In this document: positions 52,808-62,973 of the stretch, one piece after another
How positions within the stretch are numbered: position 1 is the first letter of the stretch
How the letters are laid out: every line of letters starts with the position of its first letter
Source: Halieaceae bacterium
GTDB lineage: Bacteria > Pseudomonadota > Gammaproteobacteria > Pseudomonadales > Halieaceae
Reading direction: 5' to 3'
Assembly: GCA_047618115.1 (NCBI GenBank)
Contig: JBLHKV010000001.1
Span: 267 to 64,266 of the forward strand
DNA: 64,000 nucleotides
Translations under genes and position numbers: made by a program
The notes under the pieces: model-generated
Seen by the model: the letters and a program-made list of their open reading frames with translations, nothing else
What the model was told of the DNA's origin: nothing
Databases searched by the model: none

Positions 52808-54277
52808 ATGAAACAATTAGCAACGGCCCTGCTCTACATTGACGGCAAGATACGCCCTGCCGAAGGTGGTAAGACGTTCGATAACATCTGTCCCTGGACG
52901 GCTGAAATTGCAGGCCAGGCCGCCGATGCATCAGCGGCAGACGTTGAGGAGGCCATTGCCGCCGCGCGTCGCGCTTTCGATGAAACTGATTGGTCACGCC
53001 AACACAACCAGCGTCACGAACTCGTTAAGCGTTACATGGCATTGCTGCGTGCCAATCATGATCGACTGATGGACATTGCGCGGATAGAAGCTGGAGCTGC
53101 CATTGGCGCCGCCAATCGCGCGCATGTTGACTTCGCCCTCAACGGTGGGGACGACCTGGTTGAGTGTTTTAATAGAGTAAAGTGGGAGGAAGATCGCGGG
53201 CGCCGAGAGGAACATGGCGGCGTCAGCGAACGCATCGTTATGTACGAACCGTTGGGCGTCGTGGCGGCGATCACCCCGTGGAATGTGCCCCTGTATGTGA
53301 ACATCGGCAAGGTTATTGCAGCTCTGCTGGCGGGATGCACGATAGTACTCAAACCCGCGCCCGACACCCCCTTGATGGGTTCAATCATGGGCGAGTTGGC
53401 TGAGGAAGCCGGCATTCCGCCGGGCGTATTGAATGTAGTGACCTCGGCCGATCCGTCCATGGCTGGAGAAATGCTGGTGGCCGACCCGCGTGTGGACGTG
53501 ATCTCTTTCACTGGCTCCACGGCAGTGGGCAAACGGATTATGGAGCGCGGTGCAGCGACACTAAAACGTATCTTCCTGGAGTTAGGCGGCAAATCCGTGA
53601 AAATCATCCTCGATGATGCTCCCGACTTCCCGGTAAAATGCATGATGTCCATGGCGATATTTCATGCTGGCCAGGGCTGCGCCCTGCCCACTCGCCTGTT
53701 AGTACCACGCAGCCGCTACACCGAAGCAGTGGAAGCATTGCAAATATCCTACGGCGGGCTTGCAAGTCGCTGGGGTGACTTCGACGATCCCGAAAGCATC
53801 ATGGGGCCAGTAGTTTCCAGGAAACAGCTGGAGCGCGTCATGGGCTACATAGAGCTAGGGCACAAAGAAGGTGCGCGCCTGATTGCAGGCGGTAAAACCT
53901 GCCCCGAAAAAGGCACTGGCTTTTTCATCGAGCCAACCTGCTTTGTCGATGTCACCAACGATATGCGTATCGCGCAGGAAGAAATTTTTGGACCGGTGCT
54001 GGTGGTAATACCTTTTGAAGACGACGAAGATGCTATCCGCATTGCCAATGACAGCAGCTATGGCCTGGGCGGCGCCGTAATATCTGCCGACCGGGAACGC
54101 GCAATGCATGTTTCCAAAAGCATTCGCGCCGGCAGTATTAGCATTAACGACGGCATGAGCATCACAGGCGACCTGCCATTTGGTGGCGTCAAGGGCAGTG
54201 GCGTGGGCCGGGAGTGGGGACGCGAGGGCATCGAAGAGTTTCTGGACAGCAAAGCAATCGCGATTGGCGTTACCTAA
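52808..54277 (+). CDS. NAD(P)+-dependent aldehyde dehydrogenase
   Basis: Start re-called to the ATG at 52808. FLELGGKS and the catalytic-Cys region FHAGQGCALPTR. Confidence 0.92.
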   Translation: MKQLATALLYIDGKIRPAEGGKTFDNICPWTAEIAGQAADASAADVEEAIAAARRAFDETDWSRQHNQRHELVKRYMALLRANHDRLMDIARIEAGAAIGAANRAHVDFALNGGDDLVECFNRVKWEEDRGRREEHGGVSERIVMYEPLGVVAAITPWNVPLYVNIGKVIAALLAGCTIVLKPAPDTPLMGSIMGELAEEAGIPPGVLNVVTSADPSMAGEMLVADPRVDVISFTGSTAVGKRIMERGAATLKRIFLELGGKSVKIILDDAPDFPVKCMMSMAIFHAGQGCALPTRLLVPRSRYTEAVEALQISYGGLASRWGDFDDPESIMGPVVSRKQLERVMGYIELGHKEGARLIAGGKTCPEKGTGFFIEPTCFVDVTNDMRIAQEEIFGPVLVVIPFEDDEDAIRIANDSSYGLGGAVISADRERAMHVSKSIRAGSISINDGMSITGDLPFGGVKGSGVGREWGREGIEEFLDSKAIAIGVT

Positions 54278-54313
54278 GGAATCCCGAGGAAGCTATAGCT
54301 TCTTGCCGCTGGC

Positions 54314-55993
54314 TCACGTGCCAGCGGCGTGTTTCGCAGCAACATAAGCCCAGGTAAACGCTGGCCCGAGACTACACCCTGCCCCGGGGTACATTCGTCC
54401 CATCACTGAACCTGTTGCCACTCCTGTGGCATAAAGGCCAGGAATCACAGAGCCGTCATCGCGCACTACTCTGCTGTGCTCATCTGTGAGTACACCGCCA
54501 AAGGTACCTACGTCTCCGGGCACGACCGGTATCGCATAGAATGGCCCCTGCTCTAGTGTGCCCAGTGTCTGTGATGACTCGCGCAGTGGATCTCCCAACC
54601 AATTGTCGTAGGCACGATCACCGCGTTTGAAGTCTTCGTCTTTACCTTTGAGTACAAAGCCATTGAACCGCTCGATGGTGGCGCTGAGAGCATCGGGCTC
54701 GACCTCAATCTCTTTTGCGAGATCGATAATCGAAGCGGCTTTTTTCAGGTAACCTTCGTCGTACCATTGCTGTGGTAATCTACTTCCGGGCATGTGGCCA
54801 ACGAACATATATTTACTCATGTACTGGCTGTCAACTATCGCCCAACTTGGAATGGCCGCTACTTGCTTGTTGCGCTCTAAAATCCCCTTGCAGTACGCCA
54901 CATACGATCCGCCCTCGTTCATGTAGCGCACTCCGGTTCGATCGACAAGAATTGCGTGCGGCGCCGCTGTGAGGCCCTGAACACCCGGCTTGAACTCTTC
55001 GTTCTCTGCACCAGGTGGCATAGTCGCCTGGTAACCCACAAACTCTTCAATTTGCGCAGGGGCAGCACCCTCGCTCAGCATTGCCTTGATCATCTCACCG
55101 GTATCACCCGGAGCGGCATTGCTCCAGGCGGGAGACGTGCCGGGCTGGTAACGCTCGCGCATTTGCGCGTTGTGTGCGAAGCCACCGGTATTGACCAGCA
55201 CACCAAGCTCGGCAGCAACGCGCAATGTGCGACCATTTTGCCGTGTCACCACTCCCGTCACTTTGCCATTCTCAAGAATCAACTCGTTAACGGGCGACTC
55301 GGTGCGCACATCGACTCCCGCTTTAAGAACCTGTTGCAGCAACCGCCCCTGCAGAGCCGCTCCACCTCCCAGATAATGCTTGCCTGTCAGCTTGGCAATT
55401 ATTCCTCGAAAAATAATTTTCAGCAGCGTGCGTTTGGATTTCCAGGAACGCTTCATATGCGGCAGTTGGCGCATTTCCTCTATGGAACCCGGTAGGTCGC
55501 CCGGCAATTTGATGAAGCTGGGGCGAAGTCTATTTTTCCATTCGCCCAACTCGTTCACGTTGAACAGTTTGGCGACAACAGTGCGTCCAGGAACTGATCC
55601 TCCCGGAGCTTCATCGTAATAATCGGGCCAGGATGACGGTCGGTCCAACTCAATCCCCTGTGCCAGCAGGAAGTCGAGCATCTGCGGCGCTTCGTTAAGG
55701 AAAACTCGCCGTCGTTCCGGAGTGGCGGCCGGGGCATCTTCCTGGTCACCCGTCACTGCATCGAGATAGGTCGCTGCACTTTCATAGCTGTCTGCAACCC
55801 CATCGCGCGCCATAAACGGATTGTTAGGGATCCACATGACGCCGCCGGACCTGGCAGTGGTGCCACCAATCAACTCGGTTTTCTCCAGAATTAACACTCG
55901 TTTACCTGCCGAGTGCAGATACAGGGCGGCGGCCATGGAGCCTGCTCCACTGCCGGCGATAACAAAATCAAAACTCTCGTCATAATCACTCAT
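54314..55993 (-). CDS. FAD-dependent oxidoreductase, 3-ketosteroid delta1-dehydrogenase (KstD)-like
   Basis: 559 aa. FDFVIAGSGAGSMAAALYL..ILEKTELIGGTTARSGGVMWIPNN closely follows the KstD/fumarate-reductase flavoprotein N-terminus. Confidence 0.85.
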   Translation of the reverse strand: MSDYDESFDFVIAGSGAGSMAAALYLHSAGKRVLILEKTELIGGTTARSGGVMWIPNNPFMARDGVADSYESAATYLDAVTGDQEDAPAATPERRRVFLNEAPQMLDFLLAQGIELDRPSSWPDYYDEAPGGSVPGRTVVAKLFNVNELGEWKNRLRPSFIKLPGDLPGSIEEMRQLPHMKRSWKSKRTLLKIIFRGIIAKLTGKHYLGGGAALQGRLLQQVLKAGVDVRTESPVNELILENGKVTGVVTRQNGRTLRVAAELGVLVNTGGFAHNAQMRERYQPGTSPAWSNAAPGDTGEMIKAMLSEGAAPAQIEEFVGYQATMPPGAENEEFKPGVQGLTAAPHAILVDRTGVRYMNEGGSYVAYCKGILERNKQVAAIPSWAIVDSQYMSKYMFVGHMPGSRLPQQWYDEGYLKKAASIIDLAKEIEVEPDALSATIERFNGFVLKGKDEDFKRGDRAYDNWLGDPLRESSQTLGTLEQGPFYAIPVVPGDVGTFGGVLTDEHSRVVRDDGSVIPGLYATGVATGSVMGRMYPGAGCSLGPAFTWAYVAAKHAAGT

Positions 55994-55996
55994 GGT

Positions 55997-57370
55997 TTAG
56001 TCCAGTTGCGCCTCGGCGGATTCGATTTCTGATTTCAGCCACATAACTTCGCTGAAATTCTCTCCACCGGATGCCTCTAGCAGTTGTTGGTGCGCATGTA
56101 TTTTGGCCTTTAGCGATCGCTGGTTTTTAGAGTCGGCCTGCAGTGCGGTATCGATGAGATGCAGTGCCTCCAGCGGTCGCTTTTCTGCCAGATAATTTTC
56201 AGCGCGCGCTGCCAATGCGTCGGCGCCGCCCGCCAGCTCTGCGATATCTGCTGCGACGGCAGTGGCCGGAACACCGTACAGTGAAGTGGTTGCGTCATAG
56301 TGGAACCAGCCTGCGTACTCTTCCCAGATCGCACGTACGCACCAGGAAAGTTTACCGTGGGCCTGCCCCACTTTAAGTTCTTCGGGTAGAGAGACTTCAC
56401 GCATCAGGGTCTGAACATCCTTGCCCGCCTGCATGCCTTCAATGGTGTAGTCGTGCACGTGGACAACAGCAGCGCGCACACTTTGTAGTGCGTCCTGAAT
56501 CTCCGCTGCTCCGCGAACAACTTCGTGACCAGTGACAATCACTTCCGGCTGCAACGCGGCCACAAAGTCCAGAGACTTGATAAAACGTTTTGCGGAACGA
56601 ATCTTGTCGCCACGAATCGTGTAAAGGTTTGGCATGTTGGCAAACACGGGACCGAACAGGTTGCCGGTAATTACTGTTTTATCCTGTGGCATCCAAACGA
56701 CGACCCCATCCTCACTTTCGCCGCCTGACACCGCATACAACTCCAGCTGCCGACCACCCAGCTCCAACCGATAGTCATCTCTGAAGGTGATATCAGGCGT
56801 TACTTCACGAAGAATGCTCTTAACGTCCCCCCGTGTACCCAGCACAGAGGCCCATAACTTGCTGGAGCGTCTCTTGTAGAAATCATCGAGTATTTGCCAG
56901 TACTCTCGACACTGTGTGTATTGTTCCTGGGTGATAACACGAGTTTCCGGATCGCGAATCTCATGGACACCGCCAAAGTGGTCGCCGTGACACTGGGTGA
57001 TTATCAGAAATTCCACCGGCTGTTTACTAACACTCTGGAACCGCTGCCGGTGTTCCTCGCCATTGCCCGGCATGCCGCTATTAATCACGACATTGCCTTG
57101 GGGCGTGGTCACCAGAATGCTATCGCTGATATCCTTGGATACCCACAGATGATCGTTCACTTCGACCAGCTGTTCTTCGCGCATGGCATTCCCCGTGAGC
57201 GCTCCGAGCGGGGTCATGCCGGCTGCCTTTTCGTCAATGTCAGACATTGTGTTCTCCTGGTTATTTTTTTCCGCTATCCATTCAGCTTCCTCTCTATCGG
57301 CCTGTGTAACCGCACAGCCGCACAAAGCAACTGATAAAAGGCAGGCTGAAAATTTTTGCAGACGGTGCAT
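55997..57370 (-). CDS. lipoprotein MBL-fold hydrolase, type III alkyl/aryl-sulfatase (SdsA1/Bds1)-like, without the SCP2-like C-terminal domain
   Basis: Start re-called to the ATG at 57370. Lipobox in MHRLQKFSACLLSVALCGC. Metal motif ITQCHGDHFGG. Downstream, NMPNLYTIRG, WCVRAIWEEYAGWFHYD, LAGGADALAARAENYL and a helical tail are collinear with my memory of the SdsA1 MBL + dimerisation domains. The protein ends where the SCP2-like domain would begin. Confidence 0.65.
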   Translation of the reverse strand: MHRLQKFSACLLSVALCGCAVTQADREEAEWIAEKNNQENTMSDIDEKAAGMTPLGALTGNAMREEQLVEVNDHLWVSKDISDSILVTTPQGNVVINSGMPGNGEEHRQRFQSVSKQPVEFLIITQCHGDHFGGVHEIRDPETRVITQEQYTQCREYWQILDDFYKRRSSKLWASVLGTRGDVKSILREVTPDITFRDDYRLELGGRQLELYAVSGGESEDGVVVWMPQDKTVITGNLFGPVFANMPNLYTIRGDKIRSAKRFIKSLDFVAALQPEVIVTGHEVVRGAAEIQDALQSVRAAVVHVHDYTIEGMQAGKDVQTLMREVSLPEELKVGQAHGKLSWCVRAIWEEYAGWFHYDATTSLYGVPATAVAADIAELAGGADALAARAENYLAEKRPLEALHLIDTALQADSKNQRSLKAKIHAHQQLLEASGGENFSEVMWLKSEIESAEAQLD

Positions 57371-57383
57371 TTCTGAATTTTTC

Positions 57384-58451
57384 CTAAGCAAGGTTTTTCA
57401 TTAACAGATCGGCAAGCCCGAGCTCATAGCTGTCGTGACGCCTGCCTAAATGTTCGTTCAGCAATGCGCGCTTAAGAAACAAATGACAGTCGTGCTCCCA
57501 GGTCATACCAATTCCTCCGTGCAGTTGCAGAGATTCTTCTGCCACTGCGGCAAAAGCTGAACAGGCCAGCTGCTTCGCTGCGCGGGCCTTCATTTCAACA
57601 CGCTCATTCACCATCACATCGCCTGTGGCGTCCACGGCACTTGCAATGCTGTCCTGTAACAATGCCAGCGCTCCCTCAGTTGCCGCTTGCAGATCGGCAC
57701 ATCGATGTTTCAGGGATTGGAACAACGCCAGGGGGCGCCCAAACTGCTCTCGGGTCTGCAAATATTCCACAGTCATTTCCAGCAGCGCCGCAGCGCCTCC
57801 GACAGAATCTGCGGCAAGTGCAAAGTCACGGAGGATCAACAGTTGCTGGCTCATTTGCTGCGCCGCTTCACCTTCGGCAAGTACAAACTGTGGATCCAGC
57901 ACAAGGTCAGTGACCTGCAGATCATACAGCCGTCGGGTGACATCCCAGGTAGGGCGAGGCGTTAGCGTAACGTCGGCTTGCTTTAGATCAACTAAAGCGA
58001 CGCAGCCAGCACCTGCAGTTTCTATCAGCACGTGACCGGCACGATCCGCACTAGGAATAGCTTCGGCGGTACCGCTAAGTGTTAATTCCCCGTTGTCTCT
58101 AGCCGCAATAGTAAAGAACGACTCTCCCAGCGAAGCTGTCACGCGCCGCTCGCCAGACATCATGCTACCCAGCCACTCTTCATGCTGAGCCAATGGACTG
58201 CGCGATACTGCATCTATTGCAAGTATTTGAGGTAAATAGGGAATGGTAGCCAGACCGCGGCCAAGCTCACCGTGCAGAGCGGAAGCACCTGCCAGACCCA
58301 TACCAAGACCACCCAGCTCTTCAGGTGCAGACACCATCAGCCAACCGAGATCCGCTATCAGCGACCAGCTTTCGTCCTCGGCCGCTGCAAGGCCCAAACC
58401 ATTAACCACCTGGCGGGCGGAATCGTTTAGTTGAATGAGTTCGGAGTCCAT
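57384..58451 (-). CDS. acyl-CoA dehydrogenase family protein, short subunit (355 aa)
   Basis: ACAD-like C-terminal half (..LQLHGGIGMTWEHDCHLFLKRA..). 4 nt downstream of a full-length ACAD. Confidence 0.8.
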   Translation of the reverse strand: MDSELIQLNDSARQVVNGLGLAAAEDESWSLIADLGWLMVSAPEELGGLGMGLAGASALHGELGRGLATIPYLPQILAIDAVSRSPLAQHEEWLGSMMSGERRVTASLGESFFTIAARDNGELTLSGTAEAIPSADRAGHVLIETAGAGCVALVDLKQADVTLTPRPTWDVTRRLYDLQVTDLVLDPQFVLAEGEAAQQMSQQLLILRDFALAADSVGGAAALLEMTVEYLQTREQFGRPLALFQSLKHRCADLQAATEGALALLQDSIASAVDATGDVMVNERVEMKARAAKQLACSAFAAVAEESLQLHGGIGMTWEHDCHLFLKRALLNEHLGRRHDSYELGLADLLMKNLA

Positions 58452-58455
58452 TACC

Positions 58456-59658
58456 CTACCCCTTCAGTTGCCAGCTACGCGGCTCTCGCGGCATGCCCAG
58501 CATTCTCTCTGCAATGATATTGCGCTGAATCTCGTCACTGCCCCCGGCAATTGACCAGTTGTAGGAATTCATGAAATCGACTGTCCAGTTACCGGTTTCC
58601 TGCGTTGCTCCGCGCATAAAACCAGTATTGTACTGCCCCTCAAGGCCCGCAACGCGTTTGCCCAGCGAAACGAACTCGCGAAGCGTTCGCGCGTAATACA
58701 ATTTGACGATCGACGCATCTCCCGGGGCTTCTTGACCCGCTATTCGCTTAAGCAAATAGCGATCAGCCAGCGCACATGCGGCGTCAACACGCGCAATCAG
58801 TTTACCAAGATCACGACGCAGGGCTGTATCGTCCAACCGCTCACTTATGCGCATCTCGTCCACGATCAATGGCAGGGAGTAACGCATGCGCTGACTCAAC
58901 TCCACCAACGTTAGCCCACGTTCTGACGCCAGTGTTGCCTGCGCGACGGCCCAACCTGCCCCCTGCTCTCCTACCCGGTCAGCAACCGGCACTTCGACAT
59001 CGTCAAAGAAGATCTCCGCAAATTCATCGTCGCCGGTGATTTGTGAGATTGGCCGTACCGTGACACCTTTGGCCTGCATATCGAGCAATAAATAGGTGAG
59101 CCCTGCCTGTGGGCGATCGCCCTTGTCAGTGCGCGCCAGCAACAAACAACGGTCGGCGTACTGCGCCATCGTCGACCAGGTTTTCTGGCCGTTGATCACG
59201 TACCTATCGCCGCGCAACTCAGCTCGGGTTGTAACGGAGGCGAGATCGGACCCGGCATTGGGTTCTGAAAAGCCCTGACACCAAATTTCACCCGCCTGAA
59301 TCCCCGGTAGATAACGCAACTGTTGTTCGGTAGATCCACACTCAAACAGCGTACACGCAGCATGATAAAGAGCGACAAAATAGAGGATCAACCGAGGAGC
59401 ATCGGCACGGGCAACTTCTTCATAAATGATTTTTTGTTGCGCTAGTGAGCGCCCTCCCCCAGGCCAACCTTCAGGCCAGTGCGGTGTGGCATAACCGGCA
59501 GCGACTAACTGGCTAAACCAATCCTTTTGCCCATTAAAAAAAGCTTCTTGCTCAGTATTGGTCATAGCGCCGCGCCAACCCGAGTCGACATTGCGAGCCA
59601 ACCAGTCACGGACTTCCAGCCTTAAAGGATCTGTATTACTTTGCGTGCTCAACGCCAA
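58456..59658 (-). CDS. acyl-CoA dehydrogenase, long subunit (400 aa)
   Basis: WCQGFSEPNAGSDLASV and the C-terminal IAGGSDEIQRNIIAERMLGMP. The track start at 59658 is a TTG that overlaps the upstream gene by 23 nt, so the start is uncertain. Confidence 0.88.
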   Translation of the reverse strand: MALSTQSNTDPLRLEVRDWLARNVDSGWRGAMTNTEQEAFFNGQKDWFSQLVAAGYATPHWPEGWPGGGRSLAQQKIIYEEVARADAPRLILYFVALYHAACTLFECGSTEQQLRYLPGIQAGEIWCQGFSEPNAGSDLASVTTRAELRGDRYVINGQKTWSTMAQYADRCLLLARTDKGDRPQAGLTYLLLDMQAKGVTVRPISQITGDDEFAEIFFDDVEVPVADRVGEQGAGWAVAQATLASERGLTLVELSQRMRYSLPLIVDEMRISERLDDTALRRDLGKLIARVDAACALADRYLLKRIAGQEAPGDASIVKLYYARTLREFVSLGKRVAGLEGQYNTGFMRGATQETGNWTVDFMNSYNWSIAGGSDEIQRNIIAERMLGMPREPRSWQLKG

Positions 59659-59968
59659 TGACCTCGTAAACCGCTGCGTAGCTATTTGGCCTGTCGATGG
59701 AATCAGACATGGTTAAAACTCCGGATTGGGCTTTATCCACAAGGCTTGCCAAGACAGCGTCGATGTCGTCGGTCTCGATTTCATACTCCACCATACATGA
59801 GTAAGTTGTGCGGTCTCCCAGCGTTCTGGCCAAACGAGAACGCTTTGCTGATTCGATTCCATCCAACGCAACCAACTCCGGAAGGTGCACATCCTCATAC
59901 CATTGATTGTACTCGTCCTCTCTTCCCTCAACGGGATCACTCATTACCACCATCTTGTAGTGAGCCAT
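59636..59968 (-). CDS. EthD-like dimeric alpha/beta-barrel protein (110 aa)
   Basis: MAHYKMVVMSDPVEGREDEYNQWYEDVHLPELVALDGIESAKR. Same signature as both halves of 51122..51910. Confidence 0.65.
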   Translation of the reverse strand: MAHYKMVVMSDPVEGREDEYNQWYEDVHLPELVALDGIESAKRSRLARTLGDRTTYSCMVEYEIETDDIDAVLASLVDKAQSGVLTMSDSIDRPNSYAAVYEVIGVEHAK

Positions 59969-59969
59969 G

Positions 59970-60821
59970 CTATTCCTCGCCTGCAGAGTGTGTTTTTGTT
60001 TCCTGCCCGAAAAGGGGAGCGCGCTTCTCCTGGATAGCCTTCACCGCCTCCCTGTGATCGGCGGAGCGAATGGTTTGCGCCTCATAGGCAAGCCCTTTAT
60101 CAAGGATGGCATGAGTGACGCGCTTCAGTTCCTCATTGAGAATAACCTTGGTGTAACGAATCGCCTGTTGCGCACCGGCCAGCAGACGATTGCAATAGTC
60201 ATCCACCCCAGCGTCAAGCTCTGTTAGTGGAAGGCAGTAATTGATGAGGCCGATCTCAGCCGCTTTTGATGCTGTCAGTAATTCGCCGGTAAGCAAGAAT
60301 TCCTTTGCGCGACACAAGCCTATCCGCTGCGGCCAGATGGCTGCGCCTCCATCACCGGCCACCAGGCCAACCGATACGTGTGGGTCGCCGATTTTTGCAA
60401 TGTCTGCCGCAAAGATCATGTCGCAGTACAGAGCTAGTGTGGCACCAAGGCCAACTGCATGTCCGTTCAAACGACAGACAAGAGGCTTTTCCAAATCCAA
60501 TATGGAAAAAATTATGCGTTTGGCCAGACGCACTTCTTCATCAAAGAGATCAGGGTTTTGCGCATTGTTGCGCAAATGATCCATGTCGCCACCTGCGGAA
60601 AAAGCGCGTCCTTTGCCGGTAAGCACCACCACATCACTGTGTTCGTCGGTGGCGGCAAACGTAAACACTTCCGCCAACTCCTCGTGCAATCGAAGGTTAA
60701 TGGCATTCAGTGCATCGGGTCTGTTCAGCGCAATGGTCAACAATCTTCCGCGTCGCGACAGTGCCAAAGTGTCGTAGCCCGGAACCGGCTGCGTGTTTTG
60801 TTCGCTCACTTTATCGCTCAT
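59970..60821 (-). CDS. enoyl-CoA hydratase/isomerase (crotonase) family
   Basis: 283 aa. VVVLTGKGRAFSAGGDM and the oxyanion-hole region GHAVGLGATLAL. Confidence 0.9.
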   Translation of the reverse strand: MSDKVSEQNTQPVPGYDTLALSRRGRLLTIALNRPDALNAINLRLHEELAEVFTFAATDEHSDVVVLTGKGRAFSAGGDMDHLRNNAQNPDLFDEEVRLAKRIIFSILDLEKPLVCRLNGHAVGLGATLALYCDMIFAADIAKIGDPHVSVGLVAGDGGAAIWPQRIGLCRAKEFLLTGELLTASKAAEIGLINYCLPLTELDAGVDDYCNRLLAGAQQAIRYTKVILNEELKRVTHAILDKGLAYEAQTIRSADHREAVKAIQEKRAPLFGQETKTHSAGEE

Positions 60822-60877
60822 TTAGCCCAGTCGTTCCTTATTTCTATTGCAGTAAGTGTGCAGCGCGCCGTTAGTAC

Positions 60878-61795
60878 TTATGCATCGCCAGTGTCAGCAA
60901 AACAGTGCTGGGCAACCGCCTCGGCCTGTCCCCCACGACCGCCCAATTCACTGAGTAAAGCCTTGATGCGATAGGTCCATAGATGCAGGGACATTTCCAG
61001 GGTCATGCCCATGGCTCCCATCATCTGATGGAGATCGTAGTTGATCTTGTTAGCGCTGTCTTGAGCTTGAAATGCTGCCAGCGCCGCATCACCCGCATCG
61101 CCAGTCCAGGCGGCCTTCAGGGCAAGACGTCGCACACCCCCAACCAACACCGCGCATTCCGCCATACGATGACGCAGAGCCTGAAAACTGCCCAACTCCC
61201 TGCCAAACTGTTTGCGCACACTTAAATGTTCGACTGTTGCGTCGATGCCGGCCTGCATTAACCCAGCAATCTCCGCTGCACATGCCACCCTGATCCAGGT
61301 GCGCACCAGCTCAGATTGCTCTGAGGACAATGCTTTTACAGATAGCTTGCCCGTCACTCGCCCCATGGGATAAGCGTAAAGGGATTCAACCGACTCAACG
61401 TCACTCGGCTCTGGATGAGCGATGCCAATGGCGTCGCCATCGATGACAATCAGGGTTTTGGCGCTATCCACAAAACGTCCGGGACGCCCATTTTCGACGA
61501 CCGCCAATGGACGCGGCAATGCTATATCCAGGTGTGGGCGCAGCAGCATCGACAGAGCCGTTTCAACGGTGCATGGCGCCCTGGCAATTCGCTCTACCGC
61601 AAGCGCCGCCGTCACCGCTCCCATTTCGGGAATGGAGGCTATATCGAAATAGCCGCCGTTTTCCAACTCCTGTTCGAGCTCAGGGCTTTCCAGAGCAAAG
61701 CCTTCAAACTCTGTGGGTACATGTTCGAACTGTCGGCCGAGGCGATCAATAGCATCGAGAACGGCGCCCTGATCAGAATCCAGTGTGAAATCCAT
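60878..61795 (-). CDS. acyl-CoA dehydrogenase family protein, short subunit (305 aa)
   Basis: ACAD-like helical C-terminal domain (..RKQFGRELGSFQALRHRMAE..). Its ATG shares 1 nt with the upstream ACAD stop (TGATG at 61793..61797). Confidence 0.78.
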   Translation of the reverse strand: MDFTLDSDQGAVLDAIDRLGRQFEHVPTEFEGFALESPELEQELENGGYFDIASIPEMGAVTAALAVERIARAPCTVETALSMLLRPHLDIALPRPLAVVENGRPGRFVDSAKTLIVIDGDAIGIAHPEPSDVESVESLYAYPMGRVTGKLSVKALSSEQSELVRTWIRVACAAEIAGLMQAGIDATVEHLSVRKQFGRELGSFQALRHRMAECAVLVGGVRRLALKAAWTGDAGDAALAAFQAQDSANKINYDLHQMMGAMGMTLEMSLHLWTYRIKALLSELGGRGGQAEAVAQHCFADTGDA

Positions 61796-62931
61796 CAGCG
61801 CGGCTCCCGTGGTAATTCAAGTAACTCTGTGGCGATGAGGTTCAACTGAATCTCAGCTGCGCCCGAAGCGATACCGGCGACGATGGCACGTTGATGATGC
61901 GCCTGCAGCATAGCGTCACCACCCGCCAGGGCGTCGGGAACATGTTCCACCACAAACTCGGCCACGAGACGCTCCGCATTAACTGTCCCAAACCGCACTG
62001 CACTGGCCTCCGGCCCGGGGATCTGCCCGTGACAACGCTGGTCAATAATATTGTAGCTGCCAAGGCGCGAGGCCTCGCAGGCTGCATGCGCCCGCGCCGC
62101 CTGATCTATCGCGCTACCGCCAAAGCGATCTTCACGTTTAAGTACAGCCACGGCTCGGTGCAACATGCGCGATGCCAGTGCAAAGCGCGGAATCCCCACT
62201 CGCTCCAACGCCAGAGCTTCACGCACGATACTCCAGGCTTGACCCTCTTTACCGAGCATTGATGTAATCGGCACTTCCACATCGTCAAAGAACACTTCGT
62301 GAATGTCACCCTGACCTATGATGCTGGGGATTTGTCTGACCGTGATACCCGGGGTCTCCATGGGTATCAGCAAAATAGAAATTCCTCCCTTGCCCTGGGA
62401 AGTGCGAGCCAGCAGGAAACAGGTATCTGCCCGGCCCGCGTAGGAGGTCCAAATCTTTTGTCCATTGACTCGATAAATGTCACCGTCGAGTTCTGCGCGG
62501 GTGCGCAGGGAAGCCAGGTCGGAGCCGGCTTCAGGCTCGGAGAAGCCCTGGCACCAGAGCGTCTGCCCCTGAGCCATGGGCGGAATATAGCGTGCCTGCT
62601 GTTCCTCAGAACCAAAGCGCATGAGGGTCGGGCCGATCCAGTTTACGTTCATATACTGGCCGCCACGCGGCTCACCCGCCGCCCACATCTCCTCCGCGAG
62701 GATGAAAGAAGCCCAGGGGTCGGCGTCCCGGCCACCCCATTCTTTCGGCCAATGGGGAACCAGCAGGCCCGCCTCGGCCAGAGCGCCACAAAACTGCTTC
62801 GAGAAAGTGGATTGTGCATCCGATCCCGGACCATGGGCCACTTGCTCCCAATCCGTGGGCAGGTTGTTTTCGAGAAATGTTCGAACGCTTGAGCGAAAGG
62901 CCCGCTGTTCTTCGTTCCAGTCAAAATTCAT
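61795..62931 (-). CDS. acyl-CoA dehydrogenase, long subunit (378 aa)
   Basis: WCQGFSEPEAGSDLASL. C-terminal IASGAAEIQLNLIATELLELP. Confidence 0.9.
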   Translation of the reverse strand: MNFDWNEEQRAFRSSVRTFLENNLPTDWEQVAHGPGSDAQSTFSKQFCGALAEAGLLVPHWPKEWGGRDADPWASFILAEEMWAAGEPRGGQYMNVNWIGPTLMRFGSEEQQARYIPPMAQGQTLWCQGFSEPEAGSDLASLRTRAELDGDIYRVNGQKIWTSYAGRADTCFLLARTSQGKGGISILLIPMETPGITVRQIPSIIGQGDIHEVFFDDVEVPITSMLGKEGQAWSIVREALALERVGIPRFALASRMLHRAVAVLKREDRFGGSAIDQAARAHAACEASRLGSYNIIDQRCHGQIPGPEASAVRFGTVNAERLVAEFVVEHVPDALAGGDAMLQAHHQRAIVAGIASGAAEIQLNLIATELLELPREPR

Positions 62932-62973
62932 CGGGTACAGCTCCTGTGCAGAGTCAACGGGGGCGACAAGCGC

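Noticed and set aside
54289-54302. Palindrome GAAGCTATAGCTTC between the convergent aldehyde dehydrogenase and KstD-like genes, considered as a bidirectional terminator
   Set aside because: It would form only a 5-bp stem with a 4-nt loop and has no U-tract, which is too weak to call a terminator.
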